Position numbers and translations under genes: made by a program. This document shows positions 38,104 through 47,380 of a stretch of 64,000 nucleotides of DNA, piece by piece; positions within the stretch are counted from its first letter, which is position 1; each line of letters opens with the position of its first letter. This DNA comes from Azolla caroliniana. Lineage: Eukaryota; Plantae; Polypodiophyta. A model generated the notes under the pieces. It was given only the letters and a program-made list of their open reading frames with translations, ran no database searches and was not told where the DNA came from. The stretch is from contig JBHGNT010000012.1 in assembly GCA_043228905.1 (NCBI GenBank), positions 3,348,001-3,412,000 on the forward strand, read 5' to 3'.

Positions 38104-38749
38104 GTTATGATATTAGGTGTCCCATTTTTGTTATAGGGCCTAGGCATAGTAGAATATGGACCATTTAATGCCGAAACAAGGTAGTCCATAAGAATTCGAG
38201 ATCACATATTCAAACAAAGTATGTCAATATTCTTATCAAGAGTTATATCGCAAAGAGATAGGTGATCGTTAAAGATAAGCCCAAGTGGATAATTTTTTTC
38301 AAAAGCAATATTTATTGGTCGACGGCTTAGTCAAAGAAGACACATGTACCATTTTTAGGTGGCAAATACTAACATCAATGGACTCATAGGAAAGAGAAGT
38401 TGGTTACTGAAAAAAGGAAATCATTAATATGTGACGAAACCTACAGGGTGTTGTGCTTTAGATATCACCATTAGTTGCATGAGACATTTTAATATAAAAT
38501 GTGGATATGGAATTACATGTCTATGATTTTAGTAGTTGTTTTCTACCCCTTAGATGTATCATAAGTTTACAATATAATCAATGATTTATAGAATCTTTGT
38601 TCTTTTGAGTAATTAATTGAAATATGTTTTATAAATGAAAAATCTCTATGTTTCTATCTTTTTTTCCTCAAAATACTAAATGCTTTTGCAAAGATATCTA
38701 TAAGGCAAGCTAAACGAAGAGTGATTTTCACAAATTTGTAGTGCGAAAT

Positions 38750-39730
38750 CATGACCACTTTGCATTGCAAGGATGTTGAAACTATGTTAATAATTTCAAT
38801 GCCTAAAAGGCAACCAATAATAGTGGTTGTAATGGAGACTCTCATTCATAAATGTAAATGGTTTGTTACTAAGCATTGAAAATTTTGGGGAATTAAATAA
38901 AAGAATTGAGAGTTTGGTCTTTGAGGCCAATCCTTGCAATGTGAGCATCACATTTCGAGGACCTCATGTGTCTACATTGAGAATATTGTCAAGGATTCGA
39001 TGGTACACCATTCTTTTGTCAATCCCTCTACACGGTCATGTATGTTCACCAAGAGACAGATACGTTTGGACACTCCAACGAAAGTGATGCTTGATGAGGA
39101 GAGGCCATAACTTGGTTGTTTCACTAGTTAATTGGAATGTTTATTATTGAATCTACACAAACAAAAAATCTCTAGGTTTTTAACTTTATTCCTCGAAATA
39201 CTTAGCACCTTCACTATGGTATTTGAATGAAAACGTAAAAAAAGAGATGATTATCTACAAAATTGTAGCGAGCATTTTTACTTTTACCCCTTCTTTGCAA
39301 AACCATGACTTGTTTGCATTGCAAGGATGTTAAAACTCTTTCTATAAATCCAATGCCTAACACGTAGACAATAATGGTTGTAATAAAAGACTCTCATCTC
39401 ATAAAAGTAAATATCTATTTAGTATGAACATAACATCTCGGAGACCTCATTGCATCACATTGACAATATTTTCAAGTAGTCAATGCTACATTTAATGGTA
39501 ATGAAAAGAGTAAGAGATTTTGGTCTTTGAGGATAAGTCATGCAAGTTGATAGCATCACATCTAGGGGACCTCATTGTGTCTACATTGACAATATTCTCA
39601 TCAAGTAGTCAATAGTACATCTTCTTCTTGACAATGCTCGCGTAGGGTCATGCATGTTGACCAAGAGAGACATGTCTCCAAACTCCAAGAAAAGTGATGC
39701 TTGATGAGAAGAAGCCATGACTTGGTCAAG
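38750..39730 (+). repeat. Diverged direct duplication of the upstream region (38750-39120 vs 39305-39730), with an internal ~60-bp duplication in copy 2
   Basis: Shared blocks ttgcattgcaaggatgtt, ttggtctttgagg, gacctcat, aaagtgatgcttgatgag. Confidence 0.8.
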
Positions 39731-39746
39731 TCAATCAGTATATAAA
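39478..39746 (+). promoter_or_regulatory. Promoter of PGG-like gene 1: W-box cluster + TATA
   Basis: TTGACY/RGTCAA at 39478, 39607, 39657, 39724 and 39729. TATATAAA at 39739-39746, ~80 nt upstream of ATG 39825. Confidence 0.6.
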
Positions 39747-39824
39747 AGAGATCTGGAAGAGGCAAACATTATACAACACATAGTTCAAATTAGTACACAT
39801 AACAAAAGCAGCACAATACTAGAG

Positions 39825-40745
39825 ATGGCCACAACCAGCACTAGTGAAGCACCAAAACGTCCGGATAAATTAACTACAGTGTCAGCTAACAAGGCAGTGT
39901 CCATACCAAGGAACCTGACGGAAGACGAGCGGGCGGTAATGTGGGAGATCAAGAAGGCGAAAGGTTACATGGAGAGCTTCGAGAAGCTCCTCGGGGCCCA
40001 TTCCATCATCCTCTCGCTCGTCGCGTCGGTCAATCTCGTCGCCTTCTTGCAACCTCCCAAAGGTTGGAATGAGGCCACCGGTAATTCGCCACTTAACGGT
40101 AAGAGTGTCATGTACAACACGGGATCAATTGAAGCCTTCGCGATAAGCAATAGCTTGTCTCTCTACAGCGCGATCTCGGGCCTCCTCTTCTACCTCTACT
40201 GTAGCCATGTCGGCACGTTGTCGATGGCACCCATGGAAGTGCCAACGTCCGACTATGACGAGCGTGGGATTGCAATCCTACACGAGGTTCGTGCCTACTT
40301 GCGTTGTGTGTGCTTGCCTAGTGTCCGGCGGCGTGCCAATATCCTCTTCTCGTTCCTCACTTGTTCCCTTGTCTTCTCCGTGATGGGCTTCATCGCGTCT
40401 GGATATGCGGCCACATCACCGGACGAGCGCCTCCACTACGTTGTGTTCCCAGCCATCCCCGGTTGCAGCTCATTGCTCTTCTTTCTCATCCTTGCCCTTC
40501 GGAAGCAATGGGTCAAGTTGAATTTCGACCAAAAGCTCGACAACTTCTGGAATCATGTCGTGTGCTTCGCGGATGACCACATCCCCCCAATTGTCCGTCT
40601 GGACGAGAAAGTTCGAAAGGAGTTAGATCACATCCCGCTCCACTTCCTCACGTGTTTCTTTGTAAAGGCTGATTGTTGCCCAAAGAATGGGAAACATCCT
40701 TCTCACAAGCATGTGGATCCTTTGGTTCTTATCACTAATCATTAA
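39825..40745 (+). CDS. PGG-domain-like 4-TM membrane protein without ankyrin repeats (306 aa), intronless
   Basis: SLVASVNLVAFLQPPKGW resembles PGG LIATVTFQAGLxPPGG. AFAISNSLSLYSAIS resembles FxxxNxxAFxxS. Two further hydrophobic helices follow. The upstream ATG at 39717 lies before the TATA box, so 39825 is the likelier start. Confidence 0.85.
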   Translation: MATTSTSEAPKRPDKLTTVSANKAVSIPRNLTEDERAVMWEIKKAKGYMESFEKLLGAHSIILSLVASVNLVAFLQPPKGWNEATGNSPLNGKSVMYNTGSIEAFAISNSLSLYSAISGLLFYLYCSHVGTLSMAPMEVPTSDYDERGIAILHEVRAYLRCVCLPSVRRRANILFSFLTCSLVFSVMGFIASGYAATSPDERLHYVVFPAIPGCSSLLFFLILALRKQWVKLNFDQKLDNFWNHVVCFADDHIPPIVRLDEKVRKELDHIPLHFLTCFFVKADCCPKNGKHPSHKHVDPLVLITNH

Positions 40746-41016
40746 TTTCTAGTCATTGTTAAGTATGCAAAGTTCATAATGAAATATTATTCTCGTGAGA
40801 ATCCTTGGTAGTCAATTTCTTCTCTAATTTTGTGATATACAACTTCCATATGTTTTAACCCAACACTGATGACTTAATTCTTGAAAGCAGAGTCATTCTC
40901 TAGATTAGATTACACTTCAACCACGATAATGTTTTATATATATGTTGAGATTGAATCTCAACACTTTGGGCTACTTCTTAGCTCTAGAGGTCCTGTAATC
41001 AATTTCAAGCTAAACA

Positions 41017-41165
41017 ATCTTGTGTTTGTTTAGAATGATGAGAATGTATTTATTATTATGTAATCCAATTCCCTTTGAGGTGTTCAAATCATCTTGTGTT
41101 TGTTTAGCATGCTGAGAATGTATTTATTATTATGTAATCCAATTTCCTTTGAGGTGTTCAAATCA
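41017..41165. repeat. ~74-bp tandem duplication downstream of gene 1
   Basis: atcttgtgtttgtttag...gaggtgttcaaatc occurs twice. Confidence 0.85.
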
Positions 41166-43570
41166 TCTCGATGCCCAAGAATCAAGCATTTAAGCCAGGC
41201 AGAAATACTAGGCTGTGAAAACAGAATAAGGAGAAGGGATATTTGTCATAGATCAAGAAGAATAAAAGCTGCATTAACTTAATGCCAAGACTCTGGCATT
41301 AATAATGCTAAAACATTGTTTACCTCTATCCAGATCAATTCGATCATGAAAGAGATAAGTCTAGATTTATTAGATTCCCCACTGTTGACCCCAGCATTGT
41401 GGAAATTTCGACTCACTTATAGCTAAAGTCGATCGGTTCCTTCAGATTTTTTGTTGTATTTCTTATTTCTCACAAAATCTATGGTCCAAAAGTTAACCTT
41501 GTCATTTTTTAAGAGGAACGAAGTTTATAAAGATTTTAGATCCATTGAAAAAGCTTGTTGGAGGTTGGTCATTAGATTGTGGTTATATTGGTATTCCCCA
41601 TGATACTTTATAAGTAATATAATCATTCCAAGTAGGTCAATCACTTTTTTTGATTGATGGGTTTGCCTTGTGTAGATGATATGTCACCAAAAGATTACAC
41701 AAGATTTTGAGTAGCTTGAGCAAGGGCATCCTAAATTTAGACTTTAGTATTTCTTGCATAGACATCGGCACATAAAACACTTACATCCACATAAATAGTA
41801 CATCGAAAAAGTTGATCCAAAAGATCCAAAGATAGTTGAGAGCCATTGTAATTAATAATTATGAGGGTTTTGATCACCAATTTGAGGCAAGCCCATCATC
41901 CCTAGTTTAGGTCCTTGGTAGTTCTACTCACATTTCACATGCGCACGAATAACTTCATGACATCTTTGGTAAACCTGAAATGAAAGAGCATCAAGGGGAG
42001 GATGGCTACTCAAAATGAAAACTTTCCATTGATGATGGCAAGAATGATTATATATGTGGTAAGAGAAAAGGAAGATATGAACGCCTCACAATGCACCATT
42101 GAAAGATCCGTCTATACTTCTAGCTAATTTGAAGCCAAAATATCTCAAATTTTTTAAATATATTCAATAACCAAATGTAAGAGAATCGAGCATGTTAAAG
42201 TGTTTCAATCAATTGGTGGCCTTGGCATTGCATAAAAGGGTTGAAGTTTTCCTTTCAAAAAACCTTCGTATTGAGATCATAGTTTTCCTTTCAAAAAGCA
42301 TTGCTAGATGAGCTTGAAGACTACATGACATAAACAATTTCTTACGAATTTGACACATGGGTCGCATCGATGAAAACCTACAAGAGTGCTATGATAGCAT
42401 TCCTTGAGTTATAACATTGGCTACGAAGCAAACGAAAAGTTGCCTCTTTGTATTCAACCATGTTAAAACCATTTTCTTTTACATTTTTAATAGATAAAAC
42501 ATTGACCAGGATAAACCTATCGAAGACAAAAAGGAATTTGGGGACACCAATAAGCTTATTTCTTCTTATTGTCATTTAAAAGCTTACTATTATTTATGGA
42601 ACATTCATGCTTAGACATTGTTTACAATGTAAACATTAATCATTACAACATTGGTTCTCAATAGATAAATGTTTGCATTTATGGTGTGATCATTGTCTAG
42701 AATTGTCTCTTGGTTGGATTTTAAGATATGACAATTTGGTCTTTGAATATATGCCTAACTAGGAATATGATATATTGGAGGACCTCGTCATTGTTTGTTA
42801 AAAAGGTGTATTGGTAGATGTGTGCATTTATATTGTCCATGCATATAAATACATGATACTTTATCAATGTTGACAAGAATAGTTGAAAATATATTGACCT
42901 AGACCATCAAAAGAGATGTTCAATTACCATGTGCCTTGAAATGTTATATTAATGTACCCATGATGAGGTCAAAGAATTGATATTAACGCAATGGAAATAC
43001 AAAAGTGTTCATTATGAGTTCAAGGATATTATATGGACAAAACTTATAGAGGACTTGTAAAGGCAAATGTTTAGAGTCAAGTTGCAGAAATCAAGTTGAG
43101 GTTGTTTAATACCCATCATTTAATACCAAAAAGACATTTGCAATAATGATTGCAGATGATGGGAGTCTTTGAATCATGAAATTGTATACCTAAAAGTGTT
43201 AAGGAAGTTGTATCCACAAATGATATGTAAATACTAAAGATATGGGAAGGCAAAAGTTTACACTAGTTGCACTAGTTACAAGTTGCGACCAAGTGCATGG
43301 GTTGCTCATTTAATACCTAAACGGTGTCTTGGAAAAGATTGGCGCCCAATGTCTTCCACAGTCTAAAGTCTGTATGTCAATGTATGTCTTTTGTGTAGAG
43401 TTGTGTATATTGGTCGTAATAAGGGTCAATGCAAGATGAATATTGTTCCTTTCTAAGACTTTAAGAGACTTGAGAGGTTAATGATCTTCAAAGACTAGGT
43501 GTGAGTCTTGACAATGGGGGCCACCACAAAAAGAGTTTAGACATCCAAATCCAATATGTAAGAGTTTACA

Positions 43571-43580
43571 CTTATATAAG
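43571..43580 (+). promoter_or_regulatory. TATA box of PGG-like gene 2
   Basis: cTTATATAAg ~110 nt upstream of ATG 43691, followed by a CA-rich 5' UTR-like stretch. Confidence 0.55.
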
Positions 43581-43690
43581 GAGATGTGGGCAACACTAGT
43601 AGAGATATTAGAGCACATCCAATCCAATCCAAACTCAGTGGTGGTAGTAACACACATAACATATCATACAAGTGAAGAGCAAGAGAAGAG

Positions 43691-45253
43691 ATGGACAACT
43701 ACGAAGAGTCATCACCATTAACCGAAGTCGAGCGGGCTATGGTGTGGGAGATCACGAAGGCGACGGGTTACATCAAAAGATTCGAGAAGCTCCGGGAGGC
43801 CCATTCCATCCTCCTCTCGATCATCATCACCGTAAACCTTGTGGCCTTCTTGCAACCGCCCAAAGGTTGGCGCGGGGACGAAAACGCTACGCCTACGCCG
43901 CTAGATGCAGTGAGCATAATGTACAACACGGGGTCGATCGAGGCCTTCGCGATAAGCAATAGCTTGTCTCTCTACAGCGCCATCTCGGGCCTTCTCTTCT
44001 ACCTCTTCTGTAGCGACACGAGCGTGTTATCGATGGCGGCCATGGAGATGCCGGCGCCCGAGACGTACGGGAGGAATCGGGAGAAAATGCTGAAGAGGGT
44101 GCGCGGCTACCTGCGGTGCAAGGCGTTGCCGATCATCCAGCGGAATGCGAATTTCCTCTCTTTATTCTTGGCTTGCTCCCTCACATTGTCGGTGATGGCG
44201 TTCATCGCGTCGGGGTACGCGGCCACGTCTCCGGACGAGCGGCTTCACTATGTCGTGTATCCGGGGATCCCGGGCTGCATCTTGGTGCTCATCTTCCTGG
44301 TGCTGGCCCTTCGGAAGCATCGGCAGGAGCTGGATTTCGACACGCAGTTCGACCACTATTGGAAGTATGTGGCAGCCATCGATCCTGCCCCGGCCATGGA
44401 TGGCCACTTCGCAGGAGAGTGCAGGAAGAAGAAGAAGATGACGATGAAGCATCAGCGGCTTCATCCACATCCTTCCCACCTCCATGAGGACGCAGGTTAT
44501 GAGCTAGAATCGGTAAGCATATCCTCATCGCCACATGTGAATGGAAGCCTGGAAGTGGCTCTCATGCAGACCATGGTGTGGGAGGCGAAGACGGCCAAGG
44601 GCTTCATCGCCAGCATGGAGAAGCTCATCTCCGTCAATTCCTTCATCCTCTCGCTGCTGGCCACTGTAAACCTAATCGCCTTCCTGCAGCCGCCCAAAGG
44701 ATGGAACCAGAGCGGAGGGGATGATATGGCATCTCATCTCAACGCCAAGAGTGTCATGTACAACACGGGATCGATCGAGGCCTACGCCATAGCCAGCAGC
44801 CTGTCTCTGTACAGCGCCATCTCGGGCCTGCTCTTCTACCTCTACTGCAGCCATGCGGGGACGCTGGCTATGGCGGACGAGTCGTGGGGTGAGAAGGTTC
44901 TGCAGAAGGAGCGGGACTGCCTTCGCGTCCGGGTGCTGCCGGCCATGTGCGGGCGGGCGGCCAAACTGTGCTGCTTCGTGGCGGCCTCCCTCACCTTCTC
45001 GGTCATCGCCTTCGTCGCCTCGGGCTACGCGGCCTCCTCGCCCGACGAGCGCTTCCACTACGTCGTCCTCCCCGCCCTCCCGGGCTGCTCCCTCGTGTTT
45101 CTCGTCCTCGCCCTCGCCCTCCGCAAGCACTGGCACGAAACGTTGGATACCGCGCCGCAGTTCGAGAGCTTCTGGAGAGACATCGCGTGCGTCGCCCACC
45201 CGCCCCCCCTTCGGGAAGTCGATCCCGACTTCCTCAAAGGTTTAGACTCTTGA
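43691..45253 (+). CDS. Tandem double PGG-like domain membrane protein (~8 TM, 520 aa), intronless paralog of 39825-40745
   Basis: Two repeats of MVWE.K.A.G...FLQPPKGW...MYNTGSIEA...SLSLYSAISGLLFYL...ASGYAA.SPDER.HYVV.P, joined by a K/H-rich linker. Confidence 0.88.
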   Translation: MDNYEESSPLTEVERAMVWEITKATGYIKRFEKLREAHSILLSIIITVNLVAFLQPPKGWRGDENATPTPLDAVSIMYNTGSIEAFAISNSLSLYSAISGLLFYLFCSDTSVLSMAAMEMPAPETYGRNREKMLKRVRGYLRCKALPIIQRNANFLSLFLACSLTLSVMAFIASGYAATSPDERLHYVVYPGIPGCILVLIFLVLALRKHRQELDFDTQFDHYWKYVAAIDPAPAMDGHFAGECRKKKKMTMKHQRLHPHPSHLHEDAGYELESVSISSSPHVNGSLEVALMQTMVWEAKTAKGFIASMEKLISVNSFILSLLATVNLIAFLQPPKGWNQSGGDDMASHLNAKSVMYNTGSIEAYAIASSLSLYSAISGLLFYLYCSHAGTLAMADESWGEKVLQKERDCLRVRVLPAMCGRAAKLCCFVAASLTFSVIAFVASGYAASSPDERFHYVVLPALPGCSLVFLVLALALRKHWHETLDTAPQFESFWRDIACVAHPPPLREVDPDFLKGLDS

Positions 45254-45325
45254 TCCCGCTTGCCCGCTTGCCCTCTCTTCAAAATGCCCGATCCCCCAGA
45301 CCACAGAGTTTCTCTTTAAAGTGTT

Positions 45326-45470
45326 TTTAGACTTACGATCCCTCTCCGGTTTAGACGTGTGATCCTTCTCAGGTTTAGACTCGTGATCCCTCTCGAGTTT
45401 AGACTCGTGATCCCCCTCGAGTTTAGACTTGTGATCTCCCTCGAGTTTAGACTGGTGATCCCTCTCACGC
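45326..45470. repeat. 24-bp tandem repeat (~6 copies), probably part of a copia LTR
   Basis: Unit tttagactcgtgatccctctcgag; followed by ...TAATCA|ctcccccgcttga, which looks like an LTR end/PPT. Confidence 0.85.
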
Positions 45471-45486
45471 CGTACCCTTCTAATCA

Positions 45487-46420
45487 CTCCCCCGCTTGAA
45501 GAAAAAAAACGAACTACATGTGGGGGATGCTTGGGATTTCTTGTCGTCCCTTTATTTTTTTTCTCCGCACTCTTCCCTTGTCTCGAAACCCTGTCTTGTA
45601 ACTTTCCCAAATTTCATCCACAACCTCACCCCCCACATAGTGTTGTAACAATCGATCAATCAACTTTAAACGCTCTTGTATTTGCTTTACGTTTCTTTGT
45701 GTATAACATATTTGTCTTTCCTTTGATCCACTCTTTGATTTTGTGACACCCAAGGCCTATTTGTTTTGACCTTGCATATTTGTCTTTCCTTTTGAATTGC
45801 TCTTTGATTTTGTGATATCCAACTTCCATGAATTTTGACCTTGAATGAATAGTTGATTCTCGAAAATAAAGCACGCTTTTGATTGTCATATTGATCTTGC
45901 ATAAATGCTCGGTTCTTGAAAATAAAGCACTCTTTGACTCTCATACCGAAACTGCTTAACGTATTCTTGCTTCAACCTTTCCTTTATTAGACCCTTCAAC
46001 GACAAAGCGTCTTTATCTCCTTCAAGGTTGGATGCCATGAATTGTGATTCAGTAACATTGTGAGAATTTGTATACTATAGGGTAGATTTTCGTGAAAGCA
46101 ATCCACCAAATTTATATTAATGGATTGTTGTTTATCGAAAACATTCCTTTCCTAGCCCTAGAAATCTCCATTCCAAGGACCTCTTTAGTGGTGTTGTGAT
46201 CCTTCATTTCAAATTCCTTACTTAGCATGTTCTTAAGACGAGAGATGTGATATTTACTATTACCAACAATTGACTTATCATTGATGTAAACAATCCAGTA
46301 AATGAAATAATCATTCATTCTTGTGGAATAAAACAAGGATTATACTCATAATAGTTATAACCACAAGATACCATAAACATACCAAAAGGCTTGTAACCAT
46401 TACTTGCTTTTGTGTTTCAA
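45487..46420 (-). pseudogene. Highly decayed copia RT/RH remnant
   Basis: VYINDKSIVG..ISRLKNMLSKEFEMKD..LGMEI (RT) and HSRSKFMEVGYHKIKE (RH C-terminus); PPT-like at 45487-45493. Confidence 0.65.
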
Positions 46421-47380
46421 GTTGTATTATATTTGAAAAGTTAAAAGGAGAAAGAGAAAAAGAAGAAGAAATGAGTTAAATTGAGACTCTTGAAGGGATA
46501 GACAACGCAATGTAGATCGAAGTTTAAATAAGGTGACCATATATAACAAACATAGATTGACATATTCGCATTTGTCGGGTCTCCCCCACGAATGCAAACG
46601 AATACGAATACGAATGCATGGTCGAGTATTTGTTTTTTTTTCGAAAAAAATGTAATCAGTGAATAGGGAACAGTCTATAGGGAACATCAAATAGCTCAAA
46701 GAACGAACCACCAACATCGTGTTCCCTGAAATTTAGAGTTTGGCTATGTCCTCACCTCCTCGTGCGTGCGTGACGCCTATATACTCGCCTCATCCTGCAT
46801 TTTGTTCCTTGAAAATTAGGTTTGGCTGAAATTCATCCCACTTTGAAATCGGTTTAAGTCTCTCTTCTCATCTCAATGATTTCTTCTTTATCCAATCTTC
46901 AATGATTTCTTCATGCCATAATTGTTCATTTTGCTTTTCGGAAATCACAGATCTTGTCCAAGTAATAGGGAAAATCATAATTAGATTTTACTTAGGATTA
47001 ATGAACATTTTGGATCTCGAAGGTTAAAATTCATTTATAAACATACCCTAAACTTGTTGGGCACCTACTAGAATAAAATTCACTTATGGATAGAAGTATG
47101 TAGTTTTGAAACAATTCAGGGTTTCTTGTTATTATCAAACATGGTAAGGCAAATATTGTCTCTTGCCTAGAAAAATATAAAAAAAACAAAGATCACACCC
47201 ACATGCAGTATGCCGACTCAAGAAGCCTCTCTACAGCCTCACGCAAGTACCACGGGCTTGGCACTCGAAGATAACACAATATCTTCATCAAATCAACTTC
47301 AGAATGTCCAAATCCGACAACTCTCTCAATGTGAGAAGAAATTGTGAAAGCCCTACCTTCATCATTCTGTACATGGACAA

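Noticed and set aside
39717-39824. N-terminal 36 aa of the ORF-track protein
   Set aside because: This ATG lies upstream of the TATA box and the segment looks like promoter/5' UTR.
41250-42400. Possible decayed LINE RT on the minus strand between the two genes
   Set aside because: Only faint motif echoes (IING, KY.G); not supportable without a BLASTX search.
45326-45470. CRISPR-like array (also 3947-4119 and 8600-8725)
   Set aside because: Head-to-tail tandem units without unique spacers, no cas genes, eukaryotic LTR context.
45242-45610. 122-aa minus-strand ORF with DHxSKLE repeats
   Set aside because: Translation of the 24-bp minisatellite; no independent evidence of coding.
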